A model generated the notes under the pieces. The model did no database searches, was not told the DNA's origin, and was given only the letters and a program-made list of their open reading frames with translations. A stretch of 64,000 bases of DNA from Felis catus (Eukaryota): contig NC_058368.1 in the NCBI RefSeq assembly GCF_018350175.1, positions 68,140,001 to 68,204,000 on the forward strand. Direction: 5' to 3'. Positions 11,151 to 25,109 of the stretch are shown here, piece by piece (position 1 is the first letter of the stretch; every line of letters starts with the position of its first letter). A program made the position numbers and the translations under genes.

Positions 11151-12747
11151 AGTGAGTCTTCCATGAACCAGTGTGAAGTAAGTTCTGCCAAGAGCCTGAC
11201 TTGTTTCCTTTCACCTTACACGCTGCTGCAATCCATAGAAGAATATCACATTACACATGATTTACACTTTCCTAATTTACCTGTTTCACTTCTGGCATGC
11301 TAAGAATTCCTCGTGAATGGAGGGACCTAAAGTCCCCTACAGCATGAGATGAGTCCAGTCGAATTTGTTGGTTGATTAGGATATGAGCCACTTGACCTCT
11401 GACATACACCACAAAACTTTTGTAATCTAGCATAAAATTGTAATGGTGAATAAAGCAAAATTTCCGGGAAAATGAGACTTCATTTATGTTGCTTCTTATA
11501 TTCTTACTTACATTTGTTCTCCCCTTTTCTTTTCTCCTTAGACCTATAAGCAAATATATGGACCATAAATCATACTGTTTGTTAAGGCTGTGTATGACAG
11601 ATATCTAACTTTTCCCCTCAAGAAAAGCTGGAATAATAAATAGCAGTGTTCTAGCAACCCTCAGGTACCCTCATCTCACTGTGTAGACTGCAGTACTCAG
11701 TTAGCCTACTGTTCCTGACCAGATTGGAGATTTATTTTAGGTGATATCTGAAATGCCAATTTCTGATATCTTGTACTTTCACGGTTCTGGGCACCTAGCA
11801 GGCACTCAGTAAATATCAGTTGATTGATTGATTTGATTTCCACAGCCTTCTGGTTAGCAAAGTGCCAGCATAGCCTGCCTTGTCCATGTGTGTGCACATT
11901 TATATCACATTATTTTCTTTCATTTGTCAGTTTTGGACACTCTAAATGGGAATAGATCAAAAGTTTCGACATATAGAGGGAAATGGTTCAAAGTACTGGT
12001 TCCCTCCTGACACTTTCTCACAAATGAGCTTTTTTTACTATTATTATTTAAAGAACCTATTTGTTAGCAAGCGGGGACAAAGCAGATATACAGCTTGCTC
12101 TGTGAGTTAGATGAAGTCCCAGCTCTCCATTATTTTTAGGGTCTGCAACCGTGACCTTGCCAGCAAGAGTCACTGGAATCAGATATACAGTATTCCGAAG
12201 TAAGGATTCTGTAGAAGTTTCTGCAGGCGGCTTTATGCAACTATAGGTCTTCCAATGCCAGTTCTGTCCCAGCCCTCAGAGTGCAGGTTATCGGCTTCAG
12301 TAGTTCTTATACTTTGTTCTTTCAAGGGTGGGAACATTTCTGAAATATTTAGCCAAACTGCATATCTTGAACATACCCTAGTGCCGATGAAAACCCATTT
12401 GGGACATTCATTATACTAATTAGCAAAACTCCTGGTGTTGACTGAAGTAGAGATAACAGAATCTCCTCTGTTGGGTTGGTGGACTGGTATGAGTTTCCTG
12501 GATTGAGAATCCCTGATTAGGTCAACCGACTATAGATTGATTGTAACTTACTAAATCACACATACTATCTATCCACTATCCACTATCTATGCTATTCACA
12601 AAAGAGCTTTTTATTTTTAATATGATGTTAGTGAGCTTCATTCAGTGCAGTGTGTGTGTGTGATAATCAGAACCCCTCCTGCATTTATAAATTTTGTTTT
12701 CTAAATGCTTGGATTGAATTAAATGAAAAGAAAGAGAAAAATGGAAA

Positions 12748-13032
12748 GCTTCTTCTTCTCCTCTCCTTCTCCTTCTCCTCTTCTTCCTCCTCCTCTACCT
12801 CCTCCTCCTCCTCCTCACTCCCATTCCTTCCCTCCCTGCTCCTTCTCTTCCTTCTTCTTTTTCTTCTCCTCCTTCTCCTTCTCCTTCTCCTTTTCTCCTT
12901 CCCCTTCCCCTTCCCCTTCCCCTTCCCCTTCCCCTTCCCCTTCCCCTTCCCCTTCTCCTTCTCCTTCTCCTTCTCCTTCTCCTTCTCCTTCTCCTTCTCC
13001 TTCTCCTTCTCCTCTCCTTCTCCTTCTCCTTC
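12748..13032 (+). repeat. Compound polypyrimidine microsatellite (CTC/CTT, (CTTCCC)n, (CTTCTC)n)
   Basis: Directly visible ~285-bp, almost purely pyrimidine tract with blocks of two hexamer variants. Confidence 0.95.
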
Positions 13033-13489
13033 ATCTAACGCCCAGAAAACTCCCCTAGGGTGTTTACAAGGGAATGAACTAACACCTGTTTGGAACTACC
13101 ATTGGTCACCATTCTGGCACATGAGGAAGGTCAAGGCAGTGCCTAATGCTGATGTTTAACTATGAAGATAACATGAATACATGGAAAACAAATAGAGAAC
13201 GGTATACTAAAGTATGTAATTAACAATGAGAGAATATGAGAGTATAAATGACAGAGAAGAAATAGTGGGAGATCACTGTGACCTGACGTATCCCAGGAAT
13301 AGCTTATGGTGGAGGTGAGTGTAACAACATGGGTAGGATTTATAAATGGAAGAACACAGGGATTCTTCCATTTTAGATTCATGGGATAGGAGATCATCAT
13401 GAGGTGGGGATGGGGGAACATATGGGAGCATGGAGCATTCTAGAACAACAATGAAACCAGTATGAATTGGGTGGTAGAGTAGAAGAGTT

Positions 13490-13740
13490 TGGATTAATAA
13501 TAATAGTTTGCATTTACTGAGCATGCGCCGTACTATGTGTTAAATACTTTGTATCTATGAATACGTTTAATGATTCCAAAACCCTTATGAAGTAGTGGCT
13601 AGTATTATTCCTATCTTACAGAAGATGAATTAAAGTATGGTGAAGTGAAATCACTTGCCCAGGGGTCACACAGCTGATAAAGGACAGATGTGGGATTTGA
13701 ATTCAGGCAGCATGACTCCAGATGTTGCAACACTCACATC
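13490..13740 (-). mobile_element. MIR SINE
   Basis: CATTTACTGAGC...TATTATTCCTATCTTACAGAAGATGAA...CACTTGCCCAGGGGTCACACAGCT...GGATTTGAATTCAGGCAG. Confidence 0.75.
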
Positions 13741-14711
13741 TGTAACTACAATTTTGCCCCTCTGGTGGCCACTGACTGTGGTAGCTGGTGTATTGTGGGC
13801 AGTCGTGGGCACTACAGATATTTACAGCAGATTCTGATCAGGTGTTAGCAATTGCTTTGCTATGAATGTTGCTAGCAGAGTTCAGTAGGGCTTAGAATGT
13901 AGATAGGAAAAGGAGACCTTGAGTGACACCCAATGACATTTAGTGGCACCCCTGCTCTCCATTCCTTTGACCTAGTTCTAAAGTACCTAACATAATCAAA
14001 TATGACCTTTCCTCTTAGAAAATGAGGCTCTCTCTCTCTCTCTTTTTTTTTTTTTTTGCTTTCAATGTATTTCTTACGAGCATGTTGTGATGTAAGACCA
14101 CAACTCCAAAGATGTTCAGTGGTGATAGAATAGCTTTCAAAAGTGTTTGAAATGTATAAAATTCTGTTGCATAATTCCTATGCAACAGTAGTAAAATAAT
14201 ACTATTATTTCAAGGTGAAACTTAGAAATATAAAAATAAAATTTAAAATAATAAGTGACCCCAAAGTCCAGCTTTCCTGCCTGCCACTTTTGAGAAGTAT
14301 TACCCCAATGAGACCACTCTGACCCACAGTACTCTATGTTATACTCAAGTACTAAATTTTGGTGACATCCTCCCTATGAGAATGTAAATAATGCTTATTC
14401 AACAAGATGGAAACATTTCCAAATTTTTCAAAGTGATCTCCCAAAGCAGCTGAAAATATCTTTAATGTGGAACAAATTTATTCCTTTGTAATTGCTACTT
14501 TACATCCCCTGTAATCACATGGGAGAATTCCCAAAAGATTGGCAGGCCGCAGTTTAAATCCATCAAAAACATGCGAGAAAATGTGAATAGGCAGGCTTCC
14601 ATTAAAATGAAAAAGCGCTGATAAGAACAGCAAGTGGGTCACGGAAGTGGGTGCCTTTGTAGGACAGTCATGAGCCCTTTAAGGTGGAGCTCTGTATCTG
14701 GAAAATATTTC

Positions 14712-14913
14712 TTTTTTTTTTTAAGTTTATGTATTTATTTTGAGAAAGAGAGAGAGCATGTGAGTGGGAGAAGGACAGAGAGAGAGGGTGAGAGAGAGAA
14801 TCCCAAGGAAGCGCCACGATCAGTGAAGGGGCTCAATTCCACAACCGTGAGATCATGACCTGAGCCCAAATCAAGAGTGAGATGCTCAACCAACTGAGCC
14901 ACCTAGGCTCCCC
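14712..14913 (-). mobile_element. Can-SINE (SINEC)
   Basis: Antisense SINE body. Perfect TSD GGAAAATATTTCT at 14700-14712 and 14914-14926. Confidence 0.95.
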
Positions 14914-15326
14914 GGAAAATATTTCTAAGAATTCTCAAAGTATAACTCGAGCTGTAAGTTGGAATGTCCATGAGTTAAAGGTGGGTGTTGCCCCGTTGTG
15001 CCATGGGGCAATCCAATTCATACATGGCTTTGGGCTGTACATGTCCCTACAGCCCTTACCATCACTCAGAGAATACTGATTTCTGCAAAGTACACGGAAA
15101 ACTTAAATGAATTGAGGGAAATACACTGGCAGGAAGATATTTACTTGCCTTCGTCTATTCTAAAAATGCATTGCAAATGAAGACAACTTCACATAGGTAG
15201 ACCTCTCGTTATTCAATGAAGAAAATTGAGGGGTTTCATAAGTACAGAGAGAGAATCATATATAGAAGTACATTGCCCTTACTCTCAATAAAAAATATAT
15301 GTCACATCAAGAAATACAACTGAAGA

Positions 15327-15532
15327 GGGGTGCCTGGGTGGCTCAGTTGGTTAGGTGTCTGACTTTGGCTTAGGTTGTGGTATCACAGCTCATGACTTTG
15401 AGCCCATATGGGGCTCTGTTTTGAAAGCTCAGAGCCTGGAGCTTGCTTCAGATTCTGTGTCTCCATTTCTCTCTGTCCCTTCCCCACACACATACACACA
15501 CACCTTCTCTCTCTAAAATAAACATTTAAAAA
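15327..15532 (+). mobile_element. Can-SINE (SINEC)
   Basis: GGGGTGCCTGGGTGGCTCAG head and A tail, flanked by duplicated AAATACAACT. Confidence 0.93.
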
Positions 15533-18059
15533 AATACAACTAAGGAAAGGATACAAAAGTGGTTTGTGCAAAAGTGCTTCTGCTTAGGGCTTCTCCAAGA
15601 TTTTTACTGGGCTAGTGTTTTCAACTGAATCCTTTTTAAATATAAAAGTTGCTGGTTCAGGCTCTGATATTAATGGTTCTGAGTTTCACTTCGCCTTTTT
15701 GTGGGATGTTGTACACAGAATTAATATTTCTGTTTCTTTAGCTGCCATTGTGTGATCTTGAGGAGGTTTCTTATTCTTTTTAGGTCTCAGTTTACCCACC
15801 TCTAATAAGGAGCTAAATAATGCAGGATTTTTTTTTATAAGATTTGAATAATAGATGTCTGAAAAAGCTTTTAGATTTGAGATTTGAAACCACTGTATAG
15901 TCAGCGGTGATAATAATAGTAATAGCTTGGATTAAGAGAACTTTTCTTCCAAAAGCTCTAACCACTTGTACATTCTTCTTCCATTTGTCCTCAAAATACC
16001 CTTTCAAGGGAAGAATGAGAAAGTATCAGCTTCCTCATTTTGCAGGTAAAAAAAAAAAATGAGGCAGCAAGATGTTGGAATGAGTACTAATTTTAAAAAC
16101 CTGTATTTCTGATTCCAGGAGGTTTTCCTGATTTTCAAATGGCAAATGTATTTCCACTACACATGAGATACTAGTGGGGAGACTTCCCATGAAGGCTGCC
16201 TCTACAAGTTGTGTCTGTCATTCATTCATTTCTTAAATAGGATAAGAGATCTTTCTTTGCAGTTATCCCTTATTTTCCTATTGAATGCTGCCCTTCCATT
16301 TAGGTGGGGATCATTATTTCAGTGCTCAATGCAATAAGTGAATGGAGAAATGCATGTTATTTCTGCCCCCTGTGAAACTGATTACATTGCCATAGTCCTG
16401 AATGAGCACCTGTAAGGCACATACAGATATCATTATGCTGCCACACAGGTTACCCATATGCTGGCATTACAGTTTTCAGATGACTTCCACCTGTAGCAGT
16501 GTGTAACTGAAAACCAATCATTCCTCTCCCGAGAACATCATAATTTCTGCTGCTGAAATGGAAATTGACAGGAGGAGTTAGATACAGCTGTACCCGATCG
16601 TCGAGGGATAAATTATTTTGTGTAATTGTTAGAGCCTGGCTAAGACCTAATGGAATGAACATGTTGTTTTCCACACCCGTGGGTATGGATAGTCCTAGCA
16701 AATATTGTGTGCTTGGATTTAAAAATGTGGGAGTCTGTCAGCCCCATTGACAATGAGAAAAATTAATTTGAACTGCTGATAAGGAAGAAAAATATACACA
16801 ATGAATTAAATTTAATAGACTGAAAAAAAAACGTTTCTCCTTACTATTTCCATGTGGGACTATGTCAGACTTCATTTAACTCAAATAACTAAGGATATCA
16901 AGAACTGTTCCACCTCAGCCTCCACTGGAGAATTCTGGGTGGCAATTTGGTGCATCAGTCATGGGCACTATTTTGGCTAACTTTACCTTTTAATGTAAAA
17001 TGTAATGACGTGTGTCCCGAGTGAGAATGGTTGGCTGTCGATGACAAATTTGACATTGTTTCTGTTCACCGTCTCCTGTGGTTTTGCCTTTCCAGTAATG
17101 AACTGTGGAGGAAAGCCGGACTCTGGCTGAGCTGTGCCTTTCTGAGATCCTAAGAAGACAGATCTCACCTCTGGAGGAGGAAATAGGGTTTTGCAACTGG
17201 GAATTTACTCAGAATAACGTTTTTGCTTTCAATTTTCTGCAATTAATATGTGGTAGTGGGAAGTCTTGGCATACAGAGCTTGGTTCTCTGCTTCTGTATC
17301 TGAACTTACTTGTATAACTTAGCAGCTAAGAACGGTTCCTGCCATTACTGCCGTGCATTCACTATTTTCCTCTCATTTTATTTGTAATAACTGTATTGTT
17401 CCTCTAAAGAAGTTAAAGCCATCGTAAAATTTAAACAATTAAAAAAAAGGCAAGGAAAATGAACATAAATGTTCGGGTGTAATCATCACGAACATTTGGT
17501 GAGCGTTATTCTAGATGTTGCCCTAAGCAGATAGGTAGAGAGATTGATAAAAGTAAAATCAAAATAACTTTAGAATGCATAATGCCGTAGCTACAATTTT
17601 AATATTAAATATCCAGTTGACGTTTAGTTCAGGTTAATGAGGGAAGCTGAATGAACCCAAAGTAGTTGAAATTCAGGTAAATCTTTCCTAAGGAATATTG
17701 CTTATTTTACCTACATGTTTGAAATTTAGACTTTAGCGGTTAACTCCCTGCTATGAAGACTGAGGAGATTAGCACACTTTTGATTCCTCACAACATACTA
17801 TTTTTATTAGTTATATGGTTAGGTTTTTCACCACTGAAGTTTACAGCATTTACCTTTTGCGGTTCTCATTCATCCCCACGGTTTCATAATGGTAATCGGC
17901 ATTTAAATGAATAGAATGCTCAACTCAAGCCTTCCTACTACTGAGTTTATATTTTTAGTTTTGCTCTGATTTATTCCATAATTGGCTGGATCCCTTAGCA
18001 ATAGCCATCCCCACCACCATCATTTTGAATCTCACTTCTAGAGGCTAGGTTAATCCTGC

Positions 18060-20060
18060 TCCTTAGTTTATGGGACACAATCTCTTTGAAAAAATTATTA
18101 TGATAATTATTTTATGATTGTTGTTATTATTGTTTTATTCCCCAATTTCATTTTCCTGACATGACCCCATAGACAATCATTCTGGTGTGTTTGATGAATA
18201 TCCCAGGTGTTTGATGAATGAGTTTGCTTCCTTATAAAACATACAGCGTTGTGTTTTTACATAAGTGACGCTGTACTAAGGACTTCATTGAACTTCTTCT
18301 TTACTCATCATGACATTTTAAGGTTTCATCCATGTTCCTGTGTGTATAGTTTGTGGCCTTTTTCTCTGCAGAGCATTAGGGGTAATTTATCATCCAAAAT
18401 GGAACACCGTTGAGGCCAAAACACTGTACTAATAAATTACACCAGGACAGTAGGCATACATTGATTGGGATTGACTCAGGCCACTGAGGAGCATGGTCAC
18501 CGTATCCTTAGGATACCTTTTCCACATTTTATATTTTCAGGGATTTATTCATGGAAACTTAGGTTGTGTCCAACTTTCTGCCACTACTAAGTATGTCTAG
18601 ATGGATATGCTTGTATATGCCCTCATGGAACTGGGTGAGAATTTCCTGGGAATTTATACCTAGAGGTTGCTGGGTCAGAGGTGTACATATGATTAATTTG
18701 TCTAATGAGCCGGTTTGCATTCTAGAATGACCCCAGCTGTGTAAGCTTTATCAGTAGTACATGGGGATTCTCAGATTCCCACATCTGTCCAACTCTGACG
18801 CGAGGCAGCTCTCCAGTTCTTGTCAAGGTGATAGCGTAGAGTAATAGCCCAATGCTGTTTAAATGTGAATTTCTCTAAATACTATTAAGCTTGGGCTTAT
18901 TAGCCTTTGAGTTTCTTCTTCCATTGAATGGCCTGTGCATATACAGAGCATTCTGTTTTTTTATTGGGTTTCTTGCTTTGGTTTGTTTGATTTTGACTTG
19001 CAGGCATTCTCAATAAATAAGAGTTCCTTGCTACAGTTAGATTGCAGGCATCTCTCAGTCTGTCTGTTGTTGTTAACTTTGCACATGGTGTCCTTAGTTA
19101 AATAGATATTGTTATTTTTATTTCACCAAATCCATCTATGTTAATTTATGTAAAATGTGCTTTGAGGCTTATGTTTATGAGGTCCTTCTGTGTTCCTAGG
19201 TTACAACAGTCTTCTCCTACATCATTTCTATTAACTTCATTATTTTAATTTCCACATTTTGGTCTGAGATCCACTTTTCTATACACTAATATATAGGAAT
19301 ATAGGTTTATTTTTCTCCTCACAGTAAGTCAATTTTCCTAGTGTTACTATGCAAACTAATATTTATCAATTGAGTTAAGGTATGAACTTTATCATATGAA
19401 AAGATTATTTGATTATACAGTCTCCTTTTCTTGCCCCAGTATCATATGGTATTTACTAGTATGACTTTGTTTTAAAAATACCTCTTTAGGCAAGTCCCCT
19501 GTCTTTGCTTTTCTTTTGCAGTATTGAGCTGGCAATTCTTAGAACTCTTATTTAAATTTTAAAATAAGTTTTAGATTCAGTTGGTCAAAATCCACCAAAT
19601 TTCAGCTGGAATTCTGATTTTGGTTGCATTGAAGTTTAGATCTAACAGGGAAGGACTGACTTCTTGATATTAAGTATTCCCACTTAAGAGTACAAACTGT
19701 CCATCAGTTATGTCTTCTTACGTCCTTCAGTAGATTAAATGTTTTCTATATGAGGGGCTTGTGAATTATTTTAAAATTCCTAGGCAACTTCGTAAGTCTA
19801 TTGTGATTGCAAATGCTATCTTCTTAGTTATATTTTCTAGTAGTTCATTGTTGTAGAAAAATGCTACTGTTGGTATCAATGGATCTTGTATCTGTCAACT
19901 TCACCAAACCCTCTCATTAATTCTAGTTGTTTGTTGATTCTATTGATTCTTCTCTGGGGGCAGTTATATCATCTATAGATAATAATGATTGTTTTTCTCT
20001 TTCTTTTTTCTGATCTTTAACCTCTCGTTGTTGATGTTGTGTTTATAGTATGCACCCATT
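18060..20060 (-). mobile_element. Ancient L1 (L1ME-like) fragment
   Basis: T-rich antisense L1 ORF2/3'UTR-like text (GGTTGTGTCCAACTTTCTGCCACTAC, GTTGCTGGGTCAGAGG, GGAATTCTGATTTTGGTTGCATTGAA). Boundaries approximate. Confidence 0.6.
18377..18505 (+). mobile_element. MER94-like hAT-Blackjack MITE nested in L1ME
   Basis: TAGGGGTAATTTATCATCCAAAATGGAACAC...TAATAAATTACACCAGGACAGTAGGC...ATGGTCACCGTA resembles MER94 and its TIRs. Confidence 0.6.
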
Positions 20061-20785
20061 TTCCTCTACAGAAACAGTGATGGTACTGCTCCCCAGTAGT
20101 TTGAAGAAAGCTTCATGACGTTGCCTTCCCTTGGTCCTTGTAAGCTCAAGAGCATCTTTCTGTTACTCCAACTGCATGATTCTAAAATAATGATAATACC
20201 CTTTCTTTCCCTTGAAATTCTGTGGCCAGCTGCACTGTGAGATCACAGGGTATGTTGCTGTGGGTAGATATGAGATCAGACTGTAATTTTCCCCATTTAA
20301 ATGCTTCTTCCTCCCCTGCCTTTTATTGGATATCAATATAATCTTTCTCCTTATCCATGAAGTTCAGTGACTTTCCACAATACATTCTGGCCTTCATCTT
20401 TCTGTGTATTTTTTTTTTTTTTTCTGGGACAAGATCTGAAGATTCAAGTCTTCATTTTAGGAAAGCTCTATTATTTCATTGGGTGCTTTTTTCATTTAAT
20501 TTTTTGCCTGTTCTCTACTTTCTAAACACCAGTAATACTCATTTGGAGTTTTCTTTGTTTTCATGTCTCTGCTCATTGCCATAATCATTGGAATAGAAGT
20601 ATCTTTGCTAAATTACCTTTTGTTTTGTGTGATTTTTCACTATTATCTTCACTTTTCTATGTGTTACTTGTAATTTGTATGACTTTTTATATGTCTTCCC
20701 CTTCTACTTCTTGTCTGAGCTCTGGCAACTTACTTTTCATTTCCTTTTGGTGTCTTAAATATTCTTTGAATTCTTGTATCTCTTT

Positions 20786-21015
20786 TTTTAAAAAATTTCT
20801 TTTTAATCTTTATTTATTTTTGAGAGAGAGACAGAGAGACAGACAGAGTGCAAGCACGGGAGGGACACAGAGAGAGGGAGACACAGAATCTGAAGCAGGC
20901 TCCAGGCTCTGAGTTGTCAGTACAGAGCCCGACACGGGACTCGAATTCACAAGCTGTGAGATCATGACCTGAGCCGAAGTCAGATGCCCGACCGATTGAG
21001 CCACCCAGGTGCCCC
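20786..21015 (-). mobile_element. Can-SINE (SINEC_Fc-type)
   Basis: Antisense body. TSD TCTTGT[A/G]TCTCTTT at 20772 and 21016. Confidence 0.95.
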
Positions 21016-22339
21016 TCTTGTGTCTCTTTCTTGAGCTTTTTTTCTTTAGAGCCATCATACTGTCAATAATCTCTTTGAGGCAACAGAGAACTATCTCAAC
21101 TCTGCCTCTGTTCCCCCAGATATTGTTACCTCTTATAATGTATTTTCCCCAGGTAGCTTTGCTTGTGTTCCTTTACTTTTCTCTTCTCACAGATTTGATG
21201 CATAATTGTAATACTGGATCTTTCAAAGGGTTGTAGTAATGCAGACAGATACTAATTAAAGGAAAGCCCATGCAGACAATGAAGGCAGGGTGTTTGGGAG
21301 TTGAAATGATCTGAAGTCCCTTCTACTCAGTCTCGCTGGGGATGCTTCTCTCAGACTGGGAGTTCAGGAGGTTGCTATGGCTTGGGGTCAGGATGTCTTA
21401 CCGTCGCCATGTGACTTATGTGTCTGTCTTCTCCATTCCCTCCATTTTATCTGCCATGGTCTCCCTGAGAAAAAGACAGGTGGTAAACAGTAGAAATAGA
21501 TGAGTGGCATGTTTCCTTCTCAATGATCTTTCCCTGATTTCCTGATTCTAATTATGATTTACAGAATCATCACCCACTTTTCATGCCTGTGGCCATGACT
21601 CTAGATCTCATTACTCTGATTCAAGGATCACTGATATTTTTTTTTCAAGATCATATAGGTAAATTAGAGAACGTCTGTGTCCTGCTTGAGTTCTGAGGAA
21701 GTGTGCACCTGTTCTCAGGTGGTCCCTCAACTTGGTCTGGGCTTCACATTATATAGCAGATGCATTCATAAAGTATATTGCATACTTTACACAATATACA
21801 CTTTTATAAATAAGGGCATATGTGTGTGAAACTGCCAGGAGTTATTCATCATCATATTTCCTGAGAGCTTGTTCATTACAGGGTTAGCATAGTGGTTCTC
21901 AAACATTTTATCTGTGGCCCATGCTCTAAGGTTCTACTTCCTAGTGAAAAAATAGCTTAAAAAAACAACAATACAATGATGAAGTATGAACAAATTTGGA
22001 GTGTTATGTTTGCATCTTTAGTTTAGGAGTGAGGAATTGGATGATTTACATTTGAATCATAGCCCACAGATATTTTAATGTCGTTATTTGAAAATTATAA
22101 ATTTTATTAAAATAATATTAATATATTCTATCACTACATATTGTAAGGCTGACCAAGAAACTCTAACAACCTAAATCCGTTCATTTATCCAATATGTATA
22201 TTACTTAAATAGATCAAATGGTCTAGGTACTTTTCTAGGAGAAGGTAATATATAGTGGGAAGAATAGGGAGGAAGAGGAGGAGGAGAACCTACTTGCCTT
22301 ATAAAGCTTTAATTCTAGGGAGGGTTGGAAGGGTGGTCA

Positions 22340-22740
22340 GGAGCATGTCATGACCCTTGTGGGACACAGTAAGGATTTGGACTTCATATTCAGTGGGACA
22401 AAAAAGCCAGTGGGGCATCCGAGTAGGAGAGTGATAATGACATAACTTGTTTTTCAAAGGATCACTCTGGCTGCTATGTGGAGAACAGATTTTAGGAGGG
22501 GGGTAGAATGGCAGGGTGGGGGTGGGAAGGCAAATAGGAAACAACTGTAATAACCCTGAGATGAGATGATACCAGCCTGAACTAGGTTGGTAAGAGTGCA
22601 GCAGGGTAGAATTTACTGGATTTGGGCTCTATATTGAAGGTAGAGCCAGTAGGATTTGGTGATAAATTCAATGTGAGTTATAAAATGTTTGAAAGGGGAC
22701 CAATTTCAAGGTTTTTCTTGGCCTGATCATCAGACTGAAT
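22340..22740 (-). mobile_element. L2 LINE fragment
   Basis: AGGATCACTCTGGCTGCTATGTGGAGAACAGATT...TTGAAGGTAGAGCCAGTAGGATTTG is typical L2. Confidence 0.7.
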
Positions 22741-22764
22741 GATGATACAATTTACCATTGGTAA

Positions 22765-23145
22765 CCGCTATGTATCCTTCCCAAAATAAATATGTTGAAA
22801 CACTTACTTTCAACATGACTATATGTGAAGATAGAGTTTTTAGGAGGTAATTATGATTAAATGAGATCTTAAGGGTGGGGTTCTAATCTGATAGGTGGCC
22901 TTATAAGAAGGGAAAGAGAGACCTCTCTATCTCTACACTTACAAAGAAGAGGTCATATGAACACACAAGCATATTGTGGCTGTTGACAAACTAGTCACAG
23001 GCAGGAGACCAGTCCTCCCAGCACCTCGTTTGGATTTCCAGCCTCCAGAACTGTGAAAACTATATAAAAAACTGTCTGTTTTTTAAACCACCCAATCCCC
23101 ACGATCAGTGGTATTTTGCTATAAGAGCTCGAGCAGACTAATACA
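22765..23145 (+). mobile_element. MaLR LTR (MLT1A/MST-like) inserted in L2
   Basis: GATTTCCAGCCTCCAGAACTGTGA...GTGGTATTTTGCTATA...GCAGACTAATACA 3' end. Confidence 0.75.
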
Positions 23146-24660
23146 GTAGTTCCTTTATTTATTTACTTTGTTATTTTCACGTTGTGGTATTTATCAAAGG
23201 GTTCAGTTTTTGACAAGTTAAATTTGAGATTCTATTAGACATACAAGTGACGTTGTCTGGTAACAAGGAGTTCAGGGGAAAAGTGTTAATAATGGTGAAG
23301 GTACACTAACAGTTATTTGTAATAAAAGGTCTAGAATAGCTGAATAACTGAAAGTCAGAGGTACCTCAAGGTGACTCAGTTTGCACTAAAAGCAAAGCAT
23401 TCTTTCTGAAATGGGTAAGAATTTTATCTATCTTTCTGTGCACCTTTGCCTTGGAGGAAGGAGCTTTGCGGTTGGTGTAATCAGCCAGCCTCCTTGTTCT
23501 ACTCTGTCACTGGAGTCCGTATTAACTTTAGGAATAATATAGTGTTTGATTAGGAATACCTAATATTGGCAAACTTCAATAAATCACTAACATGCAACTC
23601 AAAAGTAAGATCTGTTGATTTTCTTATAATTCCTTTATAAGAATTCAAGGAAGCAATTATATTTCTCAAGTCAGTATGCAGCTCACCAGGAGGGCTCCCT
23701 TGGTCCAGATTGTGGGGAAGCAAGGAGCTAGTGAGGTCCTTGCTAGCGGTAGGCATGAGGGGTTGGCCTTGTTCGCCTTTTGTAGAGTGGCTCCTGCTTT
23801 TTTCATTCTAGACATGTTGGGCACATTCACGTTTTGTGCCTTTTTATATGTGCTAGAATGCCTTTCCCCTGCTCTTGTATTTGCAAATTCTTAGACATCT
23901 TCCTACCTTCCCCTTGAATGCTGCCTCCTCTGAGAGACTGTCAGACTGCCTAAAGTAAATGGAGGCTCTGTACTGTAAACTCCTATTTCAACTTTGTACA
24001 AGGTTCCATTTTAGTTGTTACTATATTACATCATTATAGTACACTCTATTGTTTGTCTAGATGATTATGAAGAGAGTAACAGCATTAAAATTTATATCAT
24101 ACTTACTATGTGGCTGATGCTGCCCTATTTAGTTAACCTATACTTCTCATCTTTATATTTTGACATTTGTTTAGCAATTAATAGGTGCTCAGTAAATAAC
24201 TAGCAAGTAGTAAAACATTTTCCACCCCTGATAGATTTTGTTGAAGTTCAAATGTTCTTAAATTGGCATACATTTTTGAATAAGAACTTAATAAGTACTT
24301 TCAGTTTTATTTTCTATGCTTAGGGAAGATACTGGAAGAACCTTTATTGGTTCAGGTAGTGATTTGCATTAGAACCTCACTGGACACACTGAAAAGAATT
24401 GCATTTATTCTAGTCTAGAATTTATTCTAGGAATTTATTGTCTAGGTTTATTGACAACCTAAATAGTTTTCAAAACTATTAGGTGTTAACTTTAACTACT
24501 GCCACAATCATGCAGTGTGACAAACTGTCCTCAAATCTAGTGGCATGAAACAATAAGCACTTTTTGTTACAGGTAATTCTGCAGGTTCAGTGATCAGATC
24601 TGGGCTTAGTTGGTCTTGGTTTAAAGCCATGGTGAGGTGCAGGTCAGCTCCACATATTTC

Positions 24661-24744
24661 TTTTTTTTTTTAAGTTTATTTATGTATTTTTGAAAGAGAG
24701 AGAAAGAGCATGCAAGTGAGGGAGGGGCAGAGAGAGAGAGAGAT

Positions 24745-24789
<45 letters not shown>

Positions 24790-24909
24790 CCCAAGCAGGC
24801 TCTGTGCCCACCAGCATGGAGCCCAACACGGGGCTCGAACTCACGAACCGTGAGATCATGACCTAAGCCAAAAGCAAGAGTCGGATGCCTACTGGCCACC
24901 CAGGCACCC
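24661..24909 (-). mobile_element. Can-SINE (SINEC) within an MLT1-like LTR remnant (~24490-25100)
   Basis: Antisense body with (GA)n. TSD TCCAC[A/G]TATTTCT at 24649 and 24910. Confidence 0.95.
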
Positions 24910-25109
24910 TCCACGTATTTCTCATTCTTCTGTGACCAGCAGGCTGCCAGGGGTATGCTCTTTTTGTGGCAGTGTTTGGAAGCTCTCAGAGGGCCAGGAG
25001 GATGTGCTCAGAACTGGCATATCACCCATTTCCACCTGTGTCCCATTGACCAAGGCAAATATTATGGCCAACCCAACAACAGCAAGGCAGAGAATACACT
25101 TCTCGTTTG

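Noticed and set aside
12140..12199. 60-nt candidate cassette exon (TTTTTAG|...CCGAA|GTAAGG), open in two frames
   Set aside because: I recognise neither translation, and such splice-site pairs arise by chance in 64 kb. RNA-seq evidence would be needed.
12650..13159. Long ORFs with SP/FP/FS/RG repeats
   Set aside because: Artefacts of the stop-free pyrimidine microsatellite.
13750..13775. CTCF-like motif (reverse complement TGGCCACCAGAGGGGCA)
   Set aside because: Mismatch at a core C position and no supporting data.
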